A stretch of 32,000 bases of DNA from Candidatus Thorarchaeota archaeon (GCA_048882505.1 JBHLRO010000001.1:300001-332000); one strand, 5' to 3'. Numbered from the stretch's first letter, positions 1 to 9,906 are shown. Notes: generated from the sequence alone by a model not told the origin. Made by a program: numbers and translations.

Positions 1-847
1 TCGCACCACTTATCTCAACAATAGCATCGTGGCTCGCCATTCCTTCGAATTTATTTTCTCCGGATACGAAAGGAAGATCGGTTAGTTCCGCGATTCGGTT
101 TGCAGCTCGTTCCGCAAATTCAGGATGGGAATTGATGCCTGTACCTACTGCCGTTCCACCTATCGCTAATTCATAAAGATGAGGTAGACCATTGGTGAGC
201 CTAGTGATCCCGTGTCGAATCTGAGTAGCATATCCCGAGAATTCTTGTCCTAAACTTATAGGAGTAGCATCCATCAAGTGCGTACGCCCAGACTTAATGA
301 TGTCTTTATACTCCTCCATCTTCTCTGTAAGAATACTCAATAAATGGTTCAGAGCTGGAATTAAATGCTTTGAAATCGCTTGAACAGCGGAAACGTGCAT
401 GGCCGTGGGAATAATATCATTTGATGATTGAGATCGATTTACATGGTCATTAGGGTGGACAGGCGTTTTGGTCCCCAAACTTCCACCCAATATCTTAATC
501 GCACGATTCGAGATCACCTCGTTCATGTTCATATTGGTTTGTGTGCCAGATCCAGTTTGCCATATGACCAAAGGGAAATGGTCATTGAGCTTGCCAGCTC
601 TAATCTCATCGGTTACCTGGATTATGACTTCAGCGATCTTTGCATCTATTAGGCCCAAATCTTTGTTGACCTCCGCACAGGCGCGTTTTACGATTGCCAA
701 TGCGTGGATGAACTCAATTGGAAATATTACATGTCCAGATGACCGAAAAGGAAAGTTATCAACACTACGTTGAGTTTGTACTCCCCAATATTTGCTATCT
801 GGAACTTCAACCTTACCCAGACTATCTGCCTCTTTTCGAAAGCCCAT
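1..847 (-). CDS. fumC: Class II fumarate hydratase, N-terminal part; runs off the window start
   Basis: Manual translation from ATG at 847 (absent from the ORF track): MGFRKEADSLGKVEVPDSKYWGVQTQRS...WQTGSGTQTNMNMNEVISNRA...GRTHLMDATP...ENKFEGMASHDAIVE. These are class II fumarase motifs, and the frame is open to the window edge. Confidence 0.95.
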   Translation of the reverse strand, partial: MGFRKEADSLGKVEVPDSKYWGVQTQRSVDNFPFRSSGHVIFPIEFIHALAIVKRACAEVNKDLGLIDAKIAEVIIQVTDEIRAGKLNDHFPLVIWQTGSGTQTNMNMNEVISNRAIKILGGSLGTKTPVHPNDHVNRSQSSNDIIPTAMHVSAVQAISKHLIPALNHLLSILTEKMEEYKDIIKSGRTHLMDATPISLGQEFSGYATQIRHGITRLTNGLPHLYELAIGGTAVGTGINSHPEFAERAANRIAELTDLPFVSGENKFEGMASHDAIVEISGA

Positions 848-1231
848 CGATAACTACCAACCTATTTCAGGATAAATAGAAGTAAAACGATACTGGTTTG
901 ATTAGAGGTTTTTTTCCAGAGTTAAAAATGTTCTAGATTCTTGATTCGGAATTTTCAAACAGATACATAGTCAAAACCTTTCTAGTGGATTTGAAATGGC
1001 TGAGATTCGTCGATAATGGTCACTGAAAACTGGTTATATTGTAATTATAGACCATCGGTACCACCAGAGAATGTAAACGGCTTTGGAGAAGGAAAACTTT
1101 TTTTATCAAGTACACTAATCATTCTTCATCCTTGTCACGGTTTTCGTCAGTTTGCCGTATCAAAATCCCAGATTGAGTGGGCGTTCTAAGGATACCCAAA
1201 CAAATTGGACCATTTCGTGATTATCGAGGTG

Positions 1232-2359
1232 TTGAAAATTCGTCTCCTTGAATATGAAAGTAAAGAGATTTTCAGTGAGTATGGTCTTCCACTAGCCAAG
1301 AGGATGGTTCTTACCAGAAAGGACGAGTTAAGTTCAAAGATCAACCAGTTTTCCTTCCCAGCAATTGTAAAATCACAGATCGCGGTTGGGAGTAGAAAAA
1401 AAAGAGGCCTGATAAAAATCGCAAATACCAGCGAAGAGGCCATACAAATGTGTGAGGAATTCTTTCAGAAGAAAGTGGGTGACTATGGGGTAGAGGCTAT
1501 CTTGATCGAAGCACTCGCTAATATTCAGCATGAATACTATTGCTCAATAGCTCTAGACTCTTCAGGAAGGCAATTTGTTCTTATAGCCAGTATAGAGGGA
1601 GGGATTGACATCGAAGAAGTCGCAGCGACTCGCCCTGACGCCATAATCAAAGAATACATTTCCTTAAGTGAGGGACTCAGGAGAGATGTTGCACAGGATG
1701 TCGCGAAGAGACTGGGTTTCGAAGATAACATTTTAGCTGAAGCCACTGACATGTTCCTAAAGCTATGGCTAATAGCAAAGGAAAAAGAGGCTCAGTTAGT
1801 TGAAATCAACCCACTTGTTCTAACACCAGAAGGAATACTCGCTGTTGACGGGAAAATGACATTAGATGATAATGCGGTGTTCCGACAACCTGTTGTCCAA
1901 CATTTTCAAGAAAAAAAATTATCAGAGCTTGAGAAGATAGCCAAAAAAGTAGGTTTTTCATTTGTAGAGCTTAACGGAGATATCGGAATTTTGGCAAATG
2001 GCGCAGGCCTTACTATGGCATTACTTGATGTTCTAGCTCAACATGGATTGAATGGCATGAATTTTCTTGACGTCGGTGGGGGAGCTAGTAAGGAAAGAGT
2101 TTATGAGGCTTTAAAATTGATTTTTACGATGGGACCTCGGGCGGTTCTAATAAACATCTATGGAGGAATCACTCGGTGTGACGTCGTTGCAGAGGCTATT
2201 CTCGCGACGTTGCGTGAGTTCCCTGATGCACCACCAATGGTCATCAGATTAACTGGTACTAGAGAAAAAGAAGGAGTCAGGATCCTAAAGAATGCTGGAA
2301 TTGATGCATATCAAAACATGATGACTGCAGTTGAAAAACTGAAGCAGATCATTAGATGA
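1232..2359 (+). CDS. sucC: Succinyl-CoA synthetase beta subunit
   Basis: LLEYESKEIF, EGGIDIEEVA, EINPLV, ILANGAGLTMA, NFLDVGGGA, NIYGGITRCD. Likely start is TTG at 1232 after GAGGTG; the ORF track extends it to 1205. Confidence 0.92.
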   Translation: MKIRLLEYESKEIFSEYGLPLAKRMVLTRKDELSSKINQFSFPAIVKSQIAVGSRKKRGLIKIANTSEEAIQMCEEFFQKKVGDYGVEAILIEALANIQHEYYCSIALDSSGRQFVLIASIEGGIDIEEVAATRPDAIIKEYISLSEGLRRDVAQDVAKRLGFEDNILAEATDMFLKLWLIAKEKEAQLVEINPLVLTPEGILAVDGKMTLDDNAVFRQPVVQHFQEKKLSELEKIAKKVGFSFVELNGDIGILANGAGLTMALLDVLAQHGLNGMNFLDVGGGASKERVYEALKLIFTMGPRAVLINIYGGITRCDVVAEAILATLREFPDAPPMVIRLTGTREKEGVRILKNAGIDAYQNMMTAVEKLKQIIR

Positions 2360-2375
2360 GAGAGGATGTGAAACC

Positions 2376-3245
2376 ATGTATATCAGTGAACAGAGTAGAG
2401 TAGTAGTTCAGGGAATAACAGGAAACCAAGGAAGATTTCATACTCAATTAATGTTGGACTATAGTACCAATATAGTGGCTGGAGTGACACCTAAAAAGGG
2501 AGGAGAAGAAGTTCTTGGGGTACCTGTTTTTAACTCAGTTCAAGAGGCTGTAAGTGAGAAATCAGCTGATACGAGTATAATTTTTGTACCAGCTCGATTC
2601 ACTTACGGAGCCGTGATGGAAAGCCTGGAGGCAGGAATTACAATGACCTGCATCATCACTGAACACGTTCCGGTCTTCGATATGGTACGTCTAGTCGAGT
2701 TCTCCCGAACTCATGGGCAGCATCTCATCGGGCCCAATACTCCAGGAATGTTAGTTCCTGATAAGATCAAGCTTGGAATTATGCCCAGTGACATGTGCCA
2801 CTTTGGTCGAGTTGCCGTAATTGCCAAGAGTGGAACGCTCTCGTATGAAATAACGAAAGCCTTAGGAAATGCAGACATTGGTGTTTCCGCTTATATTGGA
2901 ATTGGTGGAGATCCTGTCCGCGGCAAAACCCTTGTTGAAGCATTTGATTATTACGTAAGAGATCAAGGCACAGACATTATCGTTTTGATTGGAGAAATTG
3001 GTGGAGACGAAGAGGAAAAGGTTGCAGAATACATTAAGGACGAAAAAAACGCGGTAGAAAAACCCATAGTTGCTTATATCGCAGGCAAGAGCGCCCCTGA
3101 AGGTAAGCGAATGGGCCATGCAGGAGCGATAATTTCGGGAAACGTTGGAACCGCTCAAGGAAAAATCGAAGCGCTAAATAAAGTAGGTGCAGCCGTGGTC
3201 GATACTCCTTGGGATATCCCCGCCACCGTAAAGGATTTTCTTTAA
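2376..3245 (+). CDS. sucD: Succinyl-CoA synthetase alpha subunit
   Basis: VVVQGITGNQG, VAGVTPKKGG, IGPNTPG, GIGGDP, GEIGG, and the phospho-His motif RMGHAGA; directly follows sucC. Confidence 0.95.
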   Translation: MYISEQSRVVVQGITGNQGRFHTQLMLDYSTNIVAGVTPKKGGEEVLGVPVFNSVQEAVSEKSADTSIIFVPARFTYGAVMESLEAGITMTCIITEHVPVFDMVRLVEFSRTHGQHLIGPNTPGMLVPDKIKLGIMPSDMCHFGRVAVIAKSGTLSYEITKALGNADIGVSAYIGIGGDPVRGKTLVEAFDYYVRDQGTDIIVLIGEIGGDEEEKVAEYIKDEKNAVEKPIVAYIAGKSAPEGKRMGHAGAIISGNVGTAQGKIEALNKVGAAVVDTPWDIPATVKDFL

Positions 3246-4441
3246 GTGATTTTAGATTCCCTTTCATTGATGGGTATAAAGGTACAGCCTTCGGGGCCGC
3301 AATATCTCCCCATATAATCAGCAGAAGGTCTGTAGAGAACAGGTTTATGATGAATTTCCGGAAATTTTTCCTCAAGCGCGTGAGCTACCCATCCAGCAGT
3401 TCGCGCCATAGCAAAGATTGGAGTAAAAACTTCTATTGGTATTTTCATTGTGGAATAGACTGATGCACTGTATAGATCTACATTCGGATAGATTTCCCTA
3501 CCTTTTCTCCTCTGAAATTCTTTTTGAGTAGTCTCTACAAGCTTATTGGTAATATTTAACCATTTTAAGTCTTCAACCTCCAATTTCTCCATCATCCCCT
3601 CTGCAATACGTCTTAGAATATCTGCACGTGGATCCATGGTTCTATAAACAGCATGTCCCATACCCATGATCCGCTTTCCTTCTTCAAACTGTCTTTTCAC
3701 CCATTCTTCTACCTGCCGTTCATCGCCTATCTGTTGAAGCATTTGGGCGACTCGAGAGTTTGCACCTCCATGTAATGGCCCACTTAAAGAGCCTACCGCG
3801 CCTGAGACTGCTGCATAAAGATCTGCACCGGTTGAAGCTATCACACGAGCGGTAAATGTTGAAGCATTAAACGAATGTTCAGCGTGCAGGACAAGGGCGG
3901 CGTTAAAGCAAGCGGCAACAGCATCCAAGGGTTTAACTCCATTTAACATGAACAGAAAGTTACTAGCGTGATTTAATGTTAAGGTGGGTTCAATTACTTC
4001 TTTTCCACTCCTTATTCTTTCCCACGTTGCGACAATTGTCTATACTTTGGGGATTAACCGGATCGCCTTCCGAATGTTAGCTTCCTTTGTATCATTTTCA
4101 GTCTCAGGATCGAATCCTGCAAGATAAGCGAGAGCAGATTGGAGAACGTTCATAGAGGGCGTACTATGTGGCGTATGAATAAGCATCTCTTGTAATCCTT
4201 GAGGTAAGCTCCGATTTCTAACCATATCTCTTGTGAAAACATCTAATTGGCTTCTACTTGGAAGATCACCGTATAAAAGCAGATATACAACCTCCTCAAA
4301 AGATGAATGGCTTCCTAGATCTCTTATATTGTACCCACGATAAAAAAGGTTTCCCGTTTTCCCCTCGATTAAGCAAATATTCGTATCAGCAACTTCGATA
4401 CCCCGTAGGCCAGTGTCCTTATGATCGTGCTCTTGGGTCAT
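3242..4441 (-). CDS. gltA: Citrate synthase, 399 codons, interrupted by one in-frame TAG at 4040-4042 (readthrough, nonsense allele or sequence error)
   Basis: The two track ORFs (4040-4441 and 3242-3949) share one frame: ...IRLIPKV*TIVATWERIRSGKEVIEPTLTLNHASNFLFMLNG... Motifs GLRG, LFYRGY, LHAEHSFNAST, GPLHGGAN, MGMGHAVY and YPNVDLYS are intact. Confidence 0.9.
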
Positions 4442-4460
4442 TTCGTTCCCGTAAATGCTA

Positions 4461-4907
4461 TTAAAAAGAATTTTGTAAAGATTCGACGAGTTCTTTTGCT
4501 GCTTCTGGATCTAGTTCCTTTCGTGGCGCAGAAAATCGAATATCGTCATCTTTCCACCTCGGGATTAAGTGAAAATGCGTATGAAATACCTCCTGCATTG
4601 CAGCAGGTTCATTTGTCTGTAGTAGATTGATACCATCACAGCTAGTTACCGTTTTCAATGCTTTTACACCCCGAGTTATGGTTTTCCCAACAGCAACCAT
4701 ATCTTCATCACTAATATCCAATAGATTGCGAGAATGCTCTTTGGGAACAACCAGCATATGACCTCTTGCAGTTGGATTTATGTCTAGGAAAACTAGTGTC
4801 CTATTATCCTCATAAACTTTGTATGCAGGTATATTTCCTGAAATAATCTCGCAAAAAATACAGTCAGACATCTTATCATCCCATACTACTCGTTTTTGAT
4901 ATTCCAT
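4461..4907 (-). CDS. HIT family nucleotide hydrolase
   Basis: DCIFCEII, FLDINP, GHMLVVPKEH, histidine triad HTHFHLIPR. The start may be ATG 4871. Confidence 0.93.
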   Translation of the reverse strand: MEYQKRVVWDDKMSDCIFCEIISGNIPAYKVYEDNRTLVFLDINPTARGHMLVVPKEHSRNLLDISDEDMVAVGKTITRGVKALKTVTSCDGINLLQTNEPAAMQEVFHTHFHLIPRWKDDDIRFSAPRKELDPEAAKELVESLQNSF

Positions 4908-5081
4908 GGATGTTTTTTTAACGGAATCGATATGATATAGGTTGATCGTGATGTTGTTATTAGTCAGGTTATCTAGTTTTTTTTGTATATTTTGGGAAAA
5001 GAATCCGTCGATCCGATTAAAAAGAAGCCTCTTAGCTGATTTGTTTTTTGCTGAATTTAATTGGTCTTAGGAGATAAAAGG

Positions 5082-6896
5082 TCAACGTACGAACTCTTTT
5101 GCCAGTCTAGAAGATAGTTTTTCGAAATATATATATGCCACAATAATAATACTGGAAAATCCTATGGCTAATCCTATATATGGATCAAAAGTGGGTAGAA
5201 GGGGCTCCGTGACCAAAAACGTATATGCACTGGCAAGTCCAAAAACAACCGAAATTGGAACTGTTTTTAAATTCCATATGTTTACCCAACATATAACTCT
5301 GAAAAGAATGGGGGGGCCCCCACCCAAGGTATATAACGTTCGCAAGTCAGTTATTAGAATGGATCGTGCAATGAGACTTGAATAGGCCACAATAGCCAAT
5401 GTCGTTGAAATCAAAAGAGGGAGCGAAGTACCAAAAGAGGATGCCCAGAATGGGTCACCCATTTCAATATATCTATTTTTGTATTCATCAAGAGAAAAGT
5501 AACCGAGCATCGGATCACCCCCTATCATTTCCATTATCTGACTCGAGGGATTTTGGATGAAAGCTACATTCCGTGAATCCATTGATAACTCACGCAAGGC
5601 TCTTAATTCTTCAATATCCATATAAATACAATCTCCACGCGCAAAGGGATCAACTAGTATTCCTCTTATCTCAAAACGCTTTAATTCCGTCGCATTTTCG
5701 AGAATCACAGCCTCGGCAGTGGGCTCTTTTCCATCAAATAAGCCATCGCCAACATACACTAGGTTTTCGGTGGTAATCGGTTCATCATTAATGCTGAAAT
5801 AGTTAAACAGAGAGAAGTTTTGTCTATCAATTCCCCAAAGGAAGGATTTTCCGGACACTCTTCCCGATGATGGATATGATCCGTTTTCAGATAGTTCAAG
5901 CGGGAGCAAGATTTCAACTTCCCCGCCAAGTAATAAACGAGTTTCATATGTAGCGGAATCTGGGAGGATCTGCAGAAACGATGATGGCAGTAAATAATCC
6001 TTAGAAAGTAAAACTGATTGAAATGGCTTTGTTTGGGTTGATGGATCATAGAGATCCTCTACTAAAGATGAAATCTCAATGGGCGTTACGACAATTACCT
6101 GATCTCCATAACCCCTAGATGCAAAGCTGTTAGTAGAGATATGAATAATATTCCCCCCAAAAACGGTAAAACTGATCAAAAACACCAATAGAAAGGTTCC
6201 AATTAACATTAGTGATGAAAGGACTCTAAATCTTTTAGAAACAAGGTATCCGACCCAAAATGCTACCTGTTTTGTTATAGAATAACCCCAAACGTCATGG
6301 GAACTCTTCAAATCCAAAGTATATTGGCCTTCGATGATTTCTCGAAAGTTTTGTCTAATAATATGATTAATAATTAGTCCTGCAACAAAATAAACTCCCA
6401 ATAGTTGGAGAACAACATATGTAATCTCAGATACAGGAAATAAGAGTTCCATAACGCCAACGAGCGGGATTCCCAGGAAAAATTGGAACAGAACTTGAAT
6501 AATTATGTTGATTATCCATCCCAAAATTCCAGAAACAAGAGTTAATAGAAACATTTGCGCCAAAGGAACCCGTTGGATATCCTTGAATGATCCTCCCATT
6601 GCAAGAAGAACAGCTAGATCCTTCATCCTTCCGATTGTCAATATTGAACTTAACAGCGTAGCTACTAAGATCCCAGTGATCAATGCAGTCATACCAAGGA
6701 ATGATAAGAAATTATATAAGATTGAGATAATTGAAGGGTTTAAACCAGTATAAGAAGAGACCTGCCCAGTTAGAAGTTGAGATAAACGGTTGAATAACAT
6801 CCCAGAGGCCATTATAAGCGACTCAATTCCAATGAAAACATTAGTACGAGATCGTGTCCTTCTGATGTCTACCCAAGCTAGCCGGAGCGATCCCAT
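5082..6896 (-). CDS. ABC transporter permease, FtsX/MacB-like
   Basis: Multiple TM segments, RMKDLAVLLAMGGS (FtsX-type), a large extracytoplasmic loop, and adjacency to an ABC ATPase. Confidence 0.75.
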   Translation of the reverse strand: MGSLRLAWVDIRRTRSRTNVFIGIESLIMASGMLFNRLSQLLTGQVSSYTGLNPSIISILYNFLSFLGMTALITGILVATLLSSILTIGRMKDLAVLLAMGGSFKDIQRVPLAQMFLLTLVSGILGWIINIIIQVLFQFFLGIPLVGVMELLFPVSEITYVVLQLLGVYFVAGLIINHIIRQNFREIIEGQYTLDLKSSHDVWGYSITKQVAFWVGYLVSKRFRVLSSLMLIGTFLLVFLISFTVFGGNIIHISTNSFASRGYGDQVIVVTPIEISSLVEDLYDPSTQTKPFQSVLLSKDYLLPSSFLQILPDSATYETRLLLGGEVEILLPLELSENGSYPSSGRVSGKSFLWGIDRQNFSLFNYFSINDEPITTENLVYVGDGLFDGKEPTAEAVILENATELKRFEIRGILVDPFARGDCIYMDIEELRALRELSMDSRNVAFIQNPSSQIMEMIGGDPMLGYFSLDEYKNRYIEMGDPFWASSFGTSLPLLISTTLAIVAYSSLIARSILITDLRTLYTLGGGPPILFRVICWVNIWNLKTVPISVVFGLASAYTFLVTEPLLPTFDPYIGLAIGFSSIIIVAYIYFEKLSSRLAKEFVR

Positions 6897-6900
6897 AAGA

Positions 6901-7635
6901 TCACATTCTTACTTGATTTAATTTTCCCTCTTCCGGAATATAAATCGAATCTGCGAGTTTAAACAGATTTCTATTATGCGTAACGCAAATAATCGTTCTC
7001 GAACCCTTCAAATGCGATAGCTTAGAGTGAATGATTTCTGAGGTGGTGGAATCTTGATTTGAAGTAGGTTCGTCTACCAATAGAAGCTCCGGATCCATCA
7101 GAAGGCCTCTTATGAATACAACACGCTGATATTCCCCTCCTGAGATAAGAATCGGGAGGGAGTGTTCACGTCCAGCTAATTGGAATTCTTCTATCAGTTC
7201 ACGGGCCTTATCCTGGAATTCTGCCTGGTTTGCACCAACCAGATGGACCGGAAGCATAATATTCTCAAGGACTGTCAGCGAATCTATTAGATGGCCAGTC
7301 TGAAATACAAAACCGATGTAAGTAGCGCGAAAAAGTGCTAAATCCTCTTCAGACATATCTGATAGGTGATGATTTAACACAAAAACATCCCCGCTATCTA
7401 CGGTGGCTAATCCACCAATAATGGACAATAACGTTGTTTTACCAGAGCCTGATGGTCCCGAAAGAATTATAAAATCGTTCGTACCACATGTAAAGTTCAA
7501 ATCATTGAAGATTGGGATTTTAATTGAAGCTCCCAATTTAAATACTTTAACTACGTTTGTTAGGGAGATTGCAGGTTCAGACAAGGACGTCTCATACCCC
7601 ACACTGCTATAGTTTAAGCTCCTAAGGGTCGTCAA
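6901..7635 (-). CDS. ABC transporter ATP-binding protein, LolD/MacB-type
   Basis: Walker A GPSGSGKTT, IGFVFQ, signature ISGGEYQRV, Walker B LLVDEPT, H-loop VTH. Start position uncertain. Confidence 0.92.
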   Translation of the reverse strand: MTTLRSLNYSSVGYETSLSEPAISLTNVVKVFKLGASIKIPIFNDLNFTCGTNDFIILSGPSGSGKTTLLSIIGGLATVDSGDVFVLNHHLSDMSEEDLALFRATYIGFVFQTGHLIDSLTVLENIMLPVHLVGANQAEFQDKARELIEEFQLAGREHSLPILISGGEYQRVVFIRGLLMDPELLLVDEPTSNQDSTTSEIIHSKLSHLKGSRTIICVTHNRNLFKLADSIYIPEEGKLNQVRM

Positions 7636-7855
7636 ATATTTACCGCTAGTTTCAAGGGTATCTTCAAGAAATCGGATGTAAGAGAATTTCTCTACATATT
7701 TTAACTATCGCATTCTTACAATGTGATCAGTCGGATATGTTTTCTGAATCTTCCAAAAAGAGATGGGCTCATTGTTGTCTGAGAGAGGTAAGATGAGGAG
7801 AGTCGATAATGAGTAATTAGCAATCCTCTCACATTCAAAACTCTCTAATCGTACA

Positions 7856-9823
7856 CTAGGGCGATGTTAACTCTGCAAACACGGCTCTGTGGTCGGAATC
7901 CCTAGGACTTCCAGATACATCACATTCCAGAACATTCCAAGAGCCTTTAAGCCAGATATAATCAATCCGATTATCTAAGGTTCCATCATCATTGTACGAA
8001 GTCTTTCCACTATCGACAAGCGGATCGTTTCCCGCTAAAACCCATGCATCAGAGAAAGAACTATTCAATAAGAGATATGTTGGATCTGTTCCGTTTGGAG
8101 GCGTATTAAAGTCTCCCATAAGAATTGCCTTTGAGTGAGATAGGGTCTGAGCGAAAATAGCTTGTGCCTGTACAAAGCGGTCATCGGCGAAACCACTTGT
8201 TTGAAAATGAGTAACAATTATGGGAATTTGACCCGCTAGGTTTCCTGTGTCCACTTCAACAATAATTGCAACACGCTCAATCGATACTTCTCTGGGTAGG
8301 TAAATCCATTTTTGGGAGATAATAGGATACCGAGACAATAAAGAAACCCCATAGATTTGAGCTGAGGTTGGAGGCCCATAAAAATAATACTGCATCCCGA
8401 GCTGGTGGGAAAGCCATCGGACTCCATTCATGTTAGAGGACGTTATCCTCCCTCCTTCTGATTCCTGTAATCCTACGATATCTGCTCCTGACGCCCAGAT
8501 AACGTCTCGTACTTGCTCAAGGTTAAACTCCCCGGATTGTCCTGTTGCATAATACTGATGGATATTATAGGTCATAACTTTCAGTGATGAAGTGGACGGA
8601 GATTGAGATACCGCTAGAAAACTGTTAGCAAATACACCTGATAATGTAATCAAGGGAAGAATAACAACTAGAATCTGCGCCCCATTAGAAAACGACCTTT
8701 CTTTTATAATTTCGACTTGTGGAACTTTAAAATCAAAACAAGACAGAGGAAAGACGAGTGCTAGTACGAAAACGAACACACTTGCCAATCCTTGGGTCCA
8801 TGCTAACGCAGAAGGCATAAAAGCCCAGTTTCCGGCACTCACTTCGAGGAATATAATAAGGATAGTGATTAGTTGAATTAATCCCATTCGGATACCAACA
8901 CGGCGAATTGAACCGAGAGTTCTCGTTACAGCATAATTCAAACCCAGAAAGAGAATGATTATGCTCGTTGCTTGAACAATAAAGTAACTTAATAGTGAAA
9001 ATACATCCAACCAAACAAGATCTGTCATAGATACAACGTACAAGACCCCGGAACCGATGATCCATGGCACCGTCCTTTTTTCCATATCCAGTTTCACTCC
9101 GTATAAAACCACGAACAGGCCAATAGAAACGCCTAAACTGCCAGCCAAGGATATGAGAGGGTAATCACGAATATACCAGGTGGATATCACGCTGGGTGTT
9201 CCGAGGAAAAGGTACTGAATCATTAAAAATGTAATGACTGGCACTGCATCTATAAGATTGGCAGCAGAAGGTGAGATCGCTCGTTCCGCAGATCTTACGA
9301 AACCAAACCAAATGATAATGGGTAGAATTCCCCATACTAGGAGTAAAATACTTCCCAACAGTGTACTATAATATGTAGCGCCATCCAGCCACGATCGGAT
9401 TAATAATTGAAAAAATAATCCAAATCCCGCAGAAAAAGCGAACTTTTGTTTTTCTACATTAATTTCATGGACGATTAGTGGTGTAACAGCTAATAAGGCA
9501 CCTAGAGAGCCTATAGACGCAATGAGAGTATCAGGATAGAAGCCAGCCAATATAAACACGAATGTCAAAATCATAAACAGGGAAAGTAAGCGATCTGAAT
9601 GCGGCCATGGCAAAACCAACTCTAACAACCCTGTAACCAAGAATAAAATCATAATTACTGTAATATTGGGTCCAGCTGTTGAAAAATTCAAAACAAAGAT
9701 CATTGTAAGAAATCTTTCGATTTGAGACAAGAAAATGAAGACTAAACAACCTCCAAAAGCACTTGGAAGGAGAGAATAGGCCATCTCTTTAATTTCAGTG
9801 GGGGTAGTATCCATATTCATCAA
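7856..9823 (-). CDS. Multi-pass membrane protein with C-terminal endonuclease/exonuclease/phosphatase (EEP) domain, CWH43/PGAP2IP-like
   Basis: About 410 hydrophobic residues (roughly 11-12 TM), then KVMTYNIHQ, GLQESEGGR, YGVSLLSRYPI, MGDFN, RIDYIW and SDHRAV. Confidence 0.8.
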   Translation of the reverse strand: MMNMDTTPTEIKEMAYSLLPSAFGGCLVFIFLSQIERFLTMIFVLNFSTAGPNITVIMILFLVTGLLELVLPWPHSDRLLSLFMILTFVFILAGFYPDTLIASIGSLGALLAVTPLIVHEINVEKQKFAFSAGFGLFFQLLIRSWLDGATYYSTLLGSILLLVWGILPIIIWFGFVRSAERAISPSAANLIDAVPVITFLMIQYLFLGTPSVISTWYIRDYPLISLAGSLGVSIGLFVVLYGVKLDMEKRTVPWIIGSGVLYVVSMTDLVWLDVFSLLSYFIVQATSIIILFLGLNYAVTRTLGSIRRVGIRMGLIQLITILIIFLEVSAGNWAFMPSALAWTQGLASVFVFVLALVFPLSCFDFKVPQVEIIKERSFSNGAQILVVILPLITLSGVFANSFLAVSQSPSTSSLKVMTYNIHQYYATGQSGEFNLEQVRDVIWASGADIVGLQESEGGRITSSNMNGVRWLSHQLGMQYYFYGPPTSAQIYGVSLLSRYPIISQKWIYLPREVSIERVAIIVEVDTGNLAGQIPIIVTHFQTSGFADDRFVQAQAIFAQTLSHSKAILMGDFNTPPNGTDPTYLLLNSSFSDAWVLAGNDPLVDSGKTSYNDDGTLDNRIDYIWLKGSWNVLECDVSGSPRDSDHRAVFAELTSP

Positions 9824-9906
9824 CCCCCCGAAGTGTAGATGCTAGCTATAAATAACTCACGAAAATGAGGTGTTTCCAGTATAGAGAAGCGATGATCCCA
9901 ATCTTG

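Noticed and set aside
428-773. Plus-strand ORFs 428-652 and 468-773
   Set aside because: Antisense shadows of fumC, which is missing from the track only because it runs off the window.
3950-4039. Citrate synthase as two separate genes or a frameshift
   Set aside because: The 90-nt gap is in frame and encodes a conserved citrate synthase segment; the only lesion is one TAG.
4031-4040. Palindrome GACAATTGTC at the amber codon as a PYLIS-like element
   Set aside because: It could form only about 3 bp with a viable loop, so it is too weak to support recoding.
7676-7697. Imperfect hairpin ATGTAAGAGA-ATT-TCTCTACAT upstream of the ABC ATPase
   Set aside because: AT-rich, bulged and single-copy; function cannot be distinguished from chance.
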